Origin: a virus
Lineage: Duplodnaviria; Caudoviricetes
DNA length: 38,258 nucleotides
Reading direction: 5' to 3' (one strand)
IMG/VR virus record: IMGVR_UViG_3300003432_000009
Span: 1 to 38,258 of that record
Made by a program: the position numbers and the translations under genes. Below, piece by piece: positions 9,061 through 16,992 of this stretch. Numbering within the stretch: the first letter of the stretch is position 1; every line of letters begins with the position of its first letter. The notes beneath the pieces were generated by a model. It saw nothing but the letters and a program-made list of their open reading frames with translations, did no database searches and had not been told where the DNA came from.

Positions 9061-9118
9061 TCAACCTGTTCATTAAAGTAGCTGGCTTTCCCGAACAGGT
9101 TGAGCCAGCTATTTTAAT
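9061..9118 (+). promoter_or_regulatory. Structured leader / attenuator-like element (A1-B1-A2-B2)
   Basis: TCAACCTGTTC (9061-9071) pairs with GAACAGGTTGA (9093-9103), 11 bp. ATTAAAGTAGCTGGCT (9072-9087) pairs with AGCCAGCTATTTTAAT (9103-9118), 16 bp with one G-U. Confidence 0.7.
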
Positions 9119-9124
9119 ATTTAT

Positions 9125-9829
9125 ATGAAATTGCTTGTTTACGTTTTAACCGCTGGAAATGACATTTTATTTGAAACGCTGGATTCTATTAAGGAAAACG
9201 TCAAGATTCCCCATCAGTTGTGTGTTTTCTATCACGCATTAGACGAAAATCACCCCATTAGTTTAGACTTTTTTAACCATATTCTGACTTATACTGATGA
9301 TGTAATCATGGCTACTAAAAACCAGAAGTGTCCGGCAGTATCGGGATACGGAAAAATCTATCAGGATTACGATTTGATGCTGGAACTTCCAGATGACATG
9401 ATCCTTAAACCTAATTCAGTAGAAACTATGTTATTTCCCTACCAGATATTACGAAGGGTAGGATATGTCGGTCAAGGTTGCCGTTCATATCTGATGCAAT
9501 ACCCGTATCAGATAGATTCACTGGATAACTTTCCCGATTGGGGAGGCATATTGAATCATGAAATGGTCAATGAAATTGGCGGTCATTGTGCTTTTTTCCC
9601 GACCTATGGATCAGATGCAACCGAATGGATGCAAAGAGTCCATTTAGCTCATTGGAAAATAGTGAATTATAAAGATTTATTCATTCATGGAGGTAAAAAC
9701 AAAATAGAACACGCCAGTCGGGATGAATTGAAAGACCATAATAATATTATAGGGGAGAGCTTTGGTAGGTATAAGATTTGTGAACAGTTAGGATTCCAGC
9801 ATTATAACTGGTGGAGCAACAAAATATGA
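9125..9829 (+). CDS. Divergent GT-A/GT2-like glycosyltransferase
   Basis: LELPDDMIL (DD motif); EMVNEIGG...F..YGSDATEW..R resembles the GT2 IGGFDE...YGxEDxD segment. Confidence 0.6.
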   Translation: MKLLVYVLTAGNDILFETLDSIKENVKIPHQLCVFYHALDENHPISLDFFNHILTYTDDVIMATKNQKCPAVSGYGKIYQDYDLMLELPDDMILKPNSVETMLFPYQILRRVGYVGQGCRSYLMQYPYQIDSLDNFPDWGGILNHEMVNEIGGHCAFFPTYGSDATEWMQRVHLAHWKIVNYKDLFIHGGKNKIEHASRDELKDHNNIIGESFGRYKICEQLGFQHYNWWSNKI

Positions 9830-10704
9830 AGTTATACCGATGTCTTAATGACGATAAGATTTTAACCGAAACAGCCTTGAAAAAAGGTATCTGTGCCGGT
9901 CATAAACTGATTGAATATACCGATGATAAAGAAACGGTTTACAAAATTGCGATGGGTATTCCCTCAGAAGGTCATACTCTACCGGAGGCTTACGATAATC
10001 ATCTTCTTACTTCGTTTCGGATGGGATGTATGCAGGAGCGTTGGCGGTATGAGAAGCGTAATCCCAGATATGAATTTTATTGGTATACCACTGCCCGGAT
10101 GTTGACCCAGATGGCACGGGAGAAATTGATGAGCGTGGCACTACAGGCAGATTGTGATTTTATTATCATGTATGACGATGACATGGTATTGCCGACTAAC
10201 ATGGTGGAAAAACTGCTTGAGGATATGGAACAGCATCCTGAAATTGATATAGTCGCCCCACTTGCCTTTATGCGTAATCCGCCCCATTATGCCGTAATGT
10301 ATACCGCTAAAGAAGGATACGATAATATCAGGCATCAACCGTATTACTTTAACCAGTATGTCAAGAAATATCCCCGTAATGTACTAGTTGAATGTGATTC
10401 GGTAGGGTTTGGTGCAGTTTGTATCAGATTGTCTATGGTTCGTAAAATGACTTCCCCTTACTTTATGAGTACGACCAATACCGGAGAGGATATATTTTTC
10501 TGTGTAAATGCCAAGAAACAGGCAGATGCCCAAATATTTATGGATACCCGTATCAAATTGGGTCATTTGAAGAATCCTGAAATAGTGGATGAGGATTATG
10601 TGGATAAATACAATAAGGAACGTAAAATTAAATTAAAGGCTCCGGCAATTAAATATGCAGTTGATAGTGATGATGTGGATAAATTATTGGCGTTAGACCG
10701 TTAG
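9826..10704 (+). CDS. GT-A fold glycosyltransferase
   Basis: MAREKL, FIIMYDDD (DxD), VGFGAVCIR, GEDIFFC, DTRIKLGH; ATG at 9826 with GGAG SD and ATGA overlap. Confidence 0.85.
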   Translation: MKLYRCLNDDKILTETALKKGICAGHKLIEYTDDKETVYKIAMGIPSEGHTLPEAYDNHLLTSFRMGCMQERWRYEKRNPRYEFYWYTTARMLTQMAREKLMSVALQADCDFIIMYDDDMVLPTNMVEKLLEDMEQHPEIDIVAPLAFMRNPPHYAVMYTAKEGYDNIRHQPYYFNQYVKKYPRNVLVECDSVGFGAVCIRLSMVRKMTSPYFMSTTNTGEDIFFCVNAKKQADAQIFMDTRIKLGHLKNPEIVDEDYVDKYNKERKIKLKAPAIKYAVDSDDVDKLLALDR

Positions 10705-10711
10705 GAGGAAT

Positions 10712-11962
10712 ATGACAAAAGCAATCGTAACCATTTTGATCCCCACCTATAATAATAGGCTTCAGCTTATTCCCTGCCTTAATTCAATCCAGAGAACCGC
10801 ATTGGGTGATGGTCTAGTGAATGTCATCATAATTAATAACGGAGAGAAAAAGACTTTGGATGATATTAAAGGTCATCAATGGTTGACAATTCTAGAACCG
10901 GGTAAGAATTTAGGATGGGAGGGCGGATTAAAATTGGCGATGGAACAGGTTGAATCGGAATTTGTGATGTTTCTGAATGACGATACATTAATTCCTGATA
11001 GTTCTGCCGGATGGATACAGAAAATGTTGCAACACTTTATTCATCCTGAAGTCGGGGCAGTCGGACCCATATCAAACGTAGTCATGGGGGAACAGAACAT
11101 GGGTGTAACTGCACCCAAGATGGTTTATCAGACTTCTTATTTAATTGGGTTCTGTGTACTATTTAAGACCTCAATTTTACGGGATATTGGTGGGGTGGAT
11201 GATAGTTTACCCGGTGGGGATGATATGGACTATTCAATCCGACTGGATGATAAGGGATATATTTTACTGGTAGACCGGAATGTATTTGTTTACCATTATG
11301 GATTCCAGACAGGTAACAGGCTTCATGGCGATGCTACCAAAAAAGGCGGATGGAATAATTATCTGATGACGGAACGGACCAACTTCGGTTTGATTAAGAA
11401 ACACGGGTTCAGGAGATGGTATGAATGTTTGTCGGGTGTTACCCACACTAAAATAAAAACCGCTTACGTTGAAAACCCAACTGATACGGAAGGGGATTTA
11501 ATCAGGAAATTGGTTATCGGAGAGAGAATATATGAGTTTGGCTGTGGAGCCACTAAAACCGTTCCCGAAGCCATTGGATTTGACCTGGTTCCCAAAGGAC
11601 ACCACATAGACACGTTATCCGGTGCAATAAGCATAGCGGATGAATGTCTGGATGTGACAAAACCATTTCCCAGTCGGATCGGATTGTGTGATCTGATAAT
11701 TGCCCGTCATATTCTGGAACATTGTACCGATACGATTGAAACCCTGAAAAACTGGAAAAAGGTTCTGAAGTGTCAAGGAAAGTTGATTATTGCCGTACCC
11801 AATAACGATTTGTGGGATACGATACCGGTGAATATTGAGCATAAACACGCCTTTACTCCCAAAAACATCACTTCCTTATTTGAGATAGTGGGGTTTAAGG
11901 ACATTAAGATTTACGATTCCCAAAACGGTATTTCATTTGTTGCGGAAGGAAAAAACGCATGA
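10712..11962 (+). CDS. GT2 glycosyltransferase fused to a C-terminal SAM methyltransferase
   Basis: ILIPTYN, NLGWEGG, FLNDDT, GGDDMDYSIR; C-terminal EFGCG, RHILEH, GKLIIAVPN. Confidence 0.9.
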   Translation: MTKAIVTILIPTYNNRLQLIPCLNSIQRTALGDGLVNVIIINNGEKKTLDDIKGHQWLTILEPGKNLGWEGGLKLAMEQVESEFVMFLNDDTLIPDSSAGWIQKMLQHFIHPEVGAVGPISNVVMGEQNMGVTAPKMVYQTSYLIGFCVLFKTSILRDIGGVDDSLPGGDDMDYSIRLDDKGYILLVDRNVFVYHYGFQTGNRLHGDATKKGGWNNYLMTERTNFGLIKKHGFRRWYECLSGVTHTKIKTAYVENPTDTEGDLIRKLVIGERIYEFGCGATKTVPEAIGFDLVPKGHHIDTLSGAISIADECLDVTKPFPSRIGLCDLIIARHILEHCTDTIETLKNWKKVLKCQGKLIIAVPNNDLWDTIPVNIEHKHAFTPKNITSLFEIVGFKDIKIYDSQNGISFVAEGKNA

Positions 11963-12933
11963 AAAACATTTACGTTTCCCGTACCAGATTGCCCACACTT
12001 GAACGGTATAACCATTATTTAAAAAAGATATGGAAATCAAACTGGTTGACCAATAATGGGGAATTGGTACAGGAATTGGAACGTAAACTGGCTAAAAGGT
12101 TTGGAGTTAAGAACGTGGTTTGTGTATCTTCGGGATCAATGGCTTTAATGATTGCCCTAAAAGCAATGGATATAAAAGAAATTAATACAACTCCATTTAG
12201 TTTTATTGCTACTATATCAATCCCGGTTTGGATGAGTATAAGAGTTAATTTTTATGATGAAGGAGAACCTATCCCATGTAATTTTCCGGCACTTTTTACT
12301 CATACTTATGGAACTCCATGTTTAATGTATATAAAACCTATTATTTACGATGCTTCCCATGCCTTTGCTACAAAAGTAGATGGAAAATCCATTCTAACCT
12401 ATGGTGACTGTTCTATTATTTCTTTTCATGCAGTAAAGATATTTCAGACTATAGAGGGAGGAGCCGTAGTAACCAACAACGACTCAATTGCTAAAAAAGC
12501 TAGGTGGATGCGGAATTATGGATTTAAAACCCAGTATTCATTTCAAGGAGTTGGAATTAACGGGAAAATGAATGAATTTGAAGCAGCTATGGGACTTTGT
12601 AGTTTGGAAACGGTAGATGATACTATTAAAATTTATCATAAATTAATTAAATATTATGATGATAATTTGGGATTAGAGCATTCTCTTGATTCTACATATT
12701 ATCCAATATGGTTAAAGTCTGAACGATCTGTTTTAAGAGCAATTAAAAAATTTGAAGAATACGGTATATATCCTAGACGTTATTTTTATCCACCATTGAG
12801 TAAGGTATTTCATTCCCCTGCTTGTCCGAGTTATGAAGATTTAATGAGTCGGGTTTTATGCTTACCTCTTTATTATTCACTCACCGAAAAAGAACAGGAT
12901 AAAATAATTAAAATAGCAAAGGAGTTTATATGA
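11959..12933 (+). CDS. DegT/DnrJ/EryC1/StrS PLP sugar aminotransferase (VioA-like)
   Basis: WLTNNGELVQELE, DASHAF, SFHAVKIFQTIEGG (PLP lysine), GINGKMNEFEAAMG, RRYFYP, VLCLPLY. Confidence 0.95.
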   Translation: MKNIYVSRTRLPTLERYNHYLKKIWKSNWLTNNGELVQELERKLAKRFGVKNVVCVSSGSMALMIALKAMDIKEINTTPFSFIATISIPVWMSIRVNFYDEGEPIPCNFPALFTHTYGTPCLMYIKPIIYDASHAFATKVDGKSILTYGDCSIISFHAVKIFQTIEGGAVVTNNDSIAKKARWMRNYGFKTQYSFQGVGINGKMNEFEAAMGLCSLETVDDTIKIYHKLIKYYDDNLGLEHSLDSTYYPIWLKSERSVLRAIKKFEEYGIYPRRYFYPPLSKVFHSPACPSYEDLMSRVLCLPLYYSLTEKEQDKIIKIAKEFI

Positions 12934-13631
12934 ATCCAATTAAACATGTTAGAGCTAATAAATTTGACCAATGGATAGGTGAATTACAAACTAAAAAATC
13001 AATTGATTATGGAGTTGGTAATTCAATTTTAGATATTGGATGTGGAATAGGTATGTTTACACCAATGTTTTTAACTAAATTTAAAGAAGTAGTAGGTCTT
13101 GATCCATCAGAAGAATATTTAAAAATAGCCCGAAAGAAAAATAAACAAGTGGATTATGTAGTAGGTTATGGTGAAACTTTTAAATCTAAACATAAATTTG
13201 ACACAATTAATATGAATATGCTTCTGGAACATGTAGATAATCCAGTTAAATTACTTAAAAATTGTAAACGATTATTGTCACCAAACGGCAGAATTATTAT
13301 TCAAGTTCCTAATTCTGAATCAATCGCTCGTAGATTGGGAGTAATTATGTGTATAATTCCCTCTCTTAACGATATTTCTAAAAGAGAAAAAGAAATTTAT
13401 GGACATAAACGTGTTTATAACCAAGATACACTTGAAATGGATTGTCATAAAGCTGGTTTAAAAGTATTGTGGAAACAGGGTTTACTTTATAAACCATTAT
13501 CTAATTCACTACTTTTAGAATTATGTAAGAAACATGGTCAAAGATGGACTAAGAAATTTATTCATGCCTTGTTTATTTTAGGAAAAGGACATATTAGTGA
13601 ATGTGCTAATTTAATTATTGTATGCCAGTAA
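12930..13631 (+). CDS. Class I SAM-dependent methyltransferase
   Basis: ILDIGCGIG, GLDPS, LLEHVDNP, GRIIIQVPN. Confidence 0.93.
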   Translation: MNPIKHVRANKFDQWIGELQTKKSIDYGVGNSILDIGCGIGMFTPMFLTKFKEVVGLDPSEEYLKIARKKNKQVDYVVGYGETFKSKHKFDTINMNMLLEHVDNPVKLLKNCKRLLSPNGRIIIQVPNSESIARRLGVIMCIIPSLNDISKREKEIYGHKRVYNQDTLEMDCHKAGLKVLWKQGLLYKPLSNSLLLELCKKHGQRWTKKFIHALFILGKGHISECANLIIVCQ

Positions 13632-14161
13632 ATTTAGGTTTAATCAATAAGATTGAAGGGTGGTTTTCCATGTTGGAAATGGAAGTCTTATATCCTTATG
13701 TGGAAAAGTTAAAACCCGGATCAATTTTAGTGGAAATAGGAACGTATCATGGCAAGTCAACTTTATTTTTCCGGTTGGCTAACCCTAACATAAATATATT
13801 GACGATAGATGTCTGCGATATAACTGGAATGAATCCCAATTATGATGATGGAAATATAAAAATACCAGAAAAGATTGACGATACGGTTTTGGAATACGGG
13901 AATATTTTTCAGGTTAAAGGAAATTCACATGAGGTAGTCAAACGTTTTAATTGGAAGATAGACTTTCTCTTTATAGATAGTCTGCATAGTTATAAAGATA
14001 CACAGGACAACTTAAATGAATGGGGAAAGTATCTGAAACCGGATAGTTATATTGGATGCCACGATTTTACTACTGCTTTCCCAGATGTATTACGGGCGGT
14101 TTACGATAGTGATTATCAGGTAGTTGAAGCCAGAAATGGAATAGGAATATTAAAAATATGA
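13622..14161 (+). CDS. SAM methyltransferase (Methyltransf_24-like)
   Basis: VEIGTYHGKST, IDFLFIDSLHSY, GCHD. Confidence 0.9.
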   Translation: MPVNLGLINKIEGWFSMLEMEVLYPYVEKLKPGSILVEIGTYHGKSTLFFRLANPNINILTIDVCDITGMNPNYDDGNIKIPEKIDDTVLEYGNIFQVKGNSHEVVKRFNWKIDFLFIDSLHSYKDTQDNLNEWGKYLKPDSYIGCHDFTTAFPDVLRAVYDSDYQVVEARNGIGILKI

Positions 14162-14721
14162 CCAGAATCGGTGTAATGCAACCCTACGTTTACCCATATA
14201 AAGGGTATTTTGAACTGATAAAGTCAGTAGATAAGTTTGTGGTTTATGATGATGCCCAGTATATCAAGGGCGGTTGGATTAACCGGAATATGTTTCCCGA
14301 ACCATTTACCTTCAGGGTTAAAAGACACCCGTTTTCCGCTTTAATAAACGAATGTTATTTTATGGACATTGAAGAAGATAAAAAGGATTTTTTGAAACAG
14401 ACCAAACTTCATGCCGAAAAATACCTGAATCCTATGAAACAGGAATATAGTGTGGCCTTTAACAATGCTATTACTTTAGTAACCGTATGTGAGTGGATGG
14501 GTATTCATACCCCGTTTTATCTGTCGTCTGAAATGAGGCATGGGAAGTTTGCTGACGGGGTAATTGATATAGTGAAATATTTGGGTGGGGATACCTATGT
14601 CAATTTACCCGGTGGAAAGAAACTTTATAATCAGGAGATGTTTGGGGATATTAAACTGGAATTTATTGAAACTGTACCAGGACCGTCAATATTGGTTTAT
14701 TTAGAAAGGATGTTATTATGA
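14158..14721 (+). CDS. wbqC: WbqC-family protein
   Basis: MQPYVYPYKGYFELIKSVDKFVVYDDAQYIKGGWINRN and YVNLPGGKKLY signatures. Confidence 0.92.
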   Translation: MTRIGVMQPYVYPYKGYFELIKSVDKFVVYDDAQYIKGGWINRNMFPEPFTFRVKRHPFSALINECYFMDIEEDKKDFLKQTKLHAEKYLNPMKQEYSVAFNNAITLVTVCEWMGIHTPFYLSSEMRHGKFADGVIDIVKYLGGDTYVNLPGGKKLYNQEMFGDIKLEFIETVPGPSILVYLERMLL

Positions 14722-15614
14722 AAAAGAAAAGAGTCTGTATACTTTACCATACGAGTTTTGGGCGTAATGACGGCCCTCCTCTTTTTTGGATGCACAATCT
14801 TAAACAACGTGAGGATTTGGAAGTGATGCATTTAGTACCGGATGGTGATATTAGTGAGTTTGGTAAGTTTGACTATACTTTTTGGGTAGACTACGGAGAG
14901 GATGGACTTCCAGTTGACCATACATGGAAAATACCCAAGTCAGGCGGTAAAACCATTTACATAGCTTCAGACACCCATATTGATGAAGGGTATAGACTGA
15001 AACGGGCAAGGGATTTTGATTATGTGTTTTTTAATCAGAAACGGGCATTACAAGAGTTTGAAGGTACACCAGATACAAAATATGCCGGTTGGCTTTCTCA
15101 TGCAGCAGATGAAACATGTTATAAGAAGTCGGAGATACTTAAAAAGTATGATGTTTGTTTTATCGGACACTTGCAGGATGTTAAAAACTATAATGACATG
15201 ACTAGAGTTGAAGCGTTAGATCGGTTATTTAAGGAGTTTCCAGAGTTTTACTACGGAACCAGAAATCCGGCATTTCCAGAAATAAATATATTTGAGGATG
15301 CAGCTTTGAAATTCTGCCAGTCTAAAATAGTATTTAATATTTCCATTAAAGATGATATTAATATGCGGGTGTTTGAAACAATGGCTACAGGATCATTTTT
15401 ATTGACTAATTGGGTTCCAACCCTCCACGATCTATTTGTACCGGGAGAGGATTTAGTAACTTATACTAATTATGATGAGATGATTAAAAAAGCTCATTAT
15501 TATTTGGAACATGAAGATGAACGGATAAAAATTGCGGAGTCAGGATATAATAAAGTTATAAAGTATCATACATATAAAAAACGTATTGAAACCGTACTTG
15601 ATATAGTTAAATAG
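14718..15614 (+). CDS. GT-B glycosyltransferase (CgeB/Glyco_trans_1_2-like)
   Basis: YDVCFIG, SKIVFNIS..DINMRVFETMATGSFLLT, YYLEHEDERIKIAESGY, HTY..R. Confidence 0.92.
   Translation: MKKKRVCILYHTSFGRNDGPPLFWMHNLKQREDLEVMHLVPDGDISEFGKFDYTFWVDYGEDGLPVDHTWKIPKSGGKTIYIASDTHIDEGYRLKRARDFDYVFFNQKRALQEFEGTPDTKYAGWLSHAADETCYKKSEILKKYDVCFIGHLQDVKNYNDMTRVEALDRLFKEFPEFYYGTRNPAFPEINIFEDAALKFCQSKIVFNISIKDDINMRVFETMATGSFLLTNWVPTLHDLFVPGEDLVTYTNYDEMIKKAHYYLEHEDERIKIAESGYNKVIKYHTYKKRIETVLDIVK
15523..15551 (+). promoter_or_regulatory. Phage late-type promoter copy 3 (GGATAA-N17-TATAAT), inside the 3' end of the last GT gene
   Basis: Exact 17-nt spacer and perfect TATAAT, just upstream of the next structural block starting at 15625. 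Confidence 0.6.
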
Positions 15615-15624
15615 GAGGAAATTT

Positions 15625-15879
15625 ATGGGATCACCATTTAGAGATTTTATACCGGAAGGCGAACCAACAAATGCTCAGGGAAGTGGATTTAAGGATTTTG
15701 TTCCTGATCCAGTTCCGGTAGCTCATGTTGAACCTGTAGAAGATGATTTTGTACCGCCAGTGCCGGAAAAAACCAATAATGAACTTCGTAATGAAGCCGA
15801 AGCGCTTGGTATTAACACGACTAAACTCACCAATAAAAAAATGTTATTGGATGCGATAGCAGCCAAGAAAGGTGTTTAA
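15625..15879 (+). CDS. Small protein with duplicated FxDFxP motif and C-terminal Rho-N/SAP-like helical hairpin
   Basis: SPFRDFIPE and SGFKDFVPD; KTNNELRNEAEALGI...KKMLLDAI; AGGAGG SD. Confidence 0.65.
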   Translation: MGSPFRDFIPEGEPTNAQGSGFKDFVPDPVPVAHVEPVEDDFVPPVPEKTNNELRNEAEALGINTTKLTNKKMLLDAIAAKKGV

Positions 15880-15880
15880 T

Positions 15881-16315
15881 ATGTCAGACCTGAAAAATAA
15901 ATTTTTAGCTGAACTTGATGATATAGAAAATCAAAAACAGAAATTAATTGCTGAAAGGGAAAAAATAGAAGCAGAACAAAAATCATTAGTGGAACAAGTA
16001 GTTGCATTGGAAAAATCTAAAATTGATGCTGATATAAAAATTGCCGATGCCGGTGGAGTAGATAAAGTTGAAGAAATGAAAGCAAATTATAATGATTTGG
16101 TTAATGCAGCGAAAGATGAATTGAACAGTCTTAAATCTAAAAGATTTGAATTGATTCAATGGGAAAATAGATTAGTTGAAATTGAAAACCGACAGAAAAA
16201 AGAAAAGGATCAATTAACCCAGGATCAATTAGCATTAGATCAAGATAAAAAGACATATAAAGAGAAGTTAAAAGCAGAATTTATTGAGGTACTTCATCAA
16301 CAGTTACCTCAGTAA
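15881..16315 (+). CDS. Coiled-coil protein
   Basis: E/K/Q-rich heptads; ATG at 15881 with AAAGGTG SD. Confidence 0.7.
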   Translation: MSDLKNKFLAELDDIENQKQKLIAEREKIEAEQKSLVEQVVALEKSKIDADIKIADAGGVDKVEEMKANYNDLVNAAKDELNSLKSKRFELIQWENRLVEIENRQKKEKDQLTQDQLALDQDKKTYKEKLKAEFIEVLHQQLPQ

Positions 16316-16329
16316 AAAAGGGGTAACTT

Positions 16330-16719
16330 ATGTCACAAAAAAGATACCGTAGGGATGCTCAAGATAGCAACCAAAATGATAGTTGGACACAACTTGACAA
16401 TGGTGAAGTAGCACGAAATGTGATTCCTCTTAATGAATCTGGTAATCCTTCCTCTACTGAAACAGAAAGTATCCTTTATTTTCTAAAACGTATTCTTAAT
16501 CAATCTAGAAGTGGTGGTGCAACTGATGTAGGTCAACGCCAGATAGTAAAAATCGGTGCATTAGGTGGTATATCGGGCGGAGCAGAAATAACGACTACTA
16601 TGCCAGTATCAGGAACAGTGGGAGTGTCAAATTTGCCGACAGATACACGTTTCGCACAATATGATTTAGCTCGTGTTAAATATGCAACAGGGATGAGAGC
16701 AAATTTAGCGTTTACTTAA
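16330..16719 (+). CDS. Hypothetical virion-associated protein
   Basis: In-operon ORF; TMPVSGTVGVSNLP motif typical of phage fibre/appendage proteins. Confidence 0.6.
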   Translation: MSQKRYRRDAQDSNQNDSWTQLDNGEVARNVIPLNESGNPSSTETESILYFLKRILNQSRSGGATDVGQRQIVKIGALGGISGGAEITTTMPVSGTVGVSNLPTDTRFAQYDLARVKYATGMRANLAFT

Positions 16720-16728
16720 GGAGAAAAT

Positions 16729-16992
16729 ATGTCAAAAATAGATTTAGCGGTAGAAGCTATAAGTGCAAAGTTTGAAATGTTTGATAATTCATTAAATGAA
16801 ATAAAGGATGAAATTACTAAAATGGAAGAACAGATTAATACTCCTACGACTATAAAATGTGATCATTTAATTTGTCCAAGTTGTCAGGCTGCCATAGAGG
16901 CAGAATTGAAAGTTAAAGAAATTATGCAACTTCAATTAAATGAAAAGAAACAGTTATTTGAAAGGATAAAAGACTATGGCAATAACAAATAA
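16729..16992 (+). CDS. Hypothetical coiled-coil protein with central Cys/His cluster
   Basis: CDHLICPSC between two helical arms; AAGGAG SD. Confidence 0.65.
   Translation: MSKIDLAVEAISAKFEMFDNSLNEIKDEITKMEEQINTPTTIKCDHLICPSCQAAIEAELKVKEIMQLQLNEKKQLFERIKDYGNNK

Noticed and set aside
9061-9118. HDV-like/theta ribozyme
   Set aside because: The interleaved helices lack P3/L3, P4 and the J4/2 catalytic strand.
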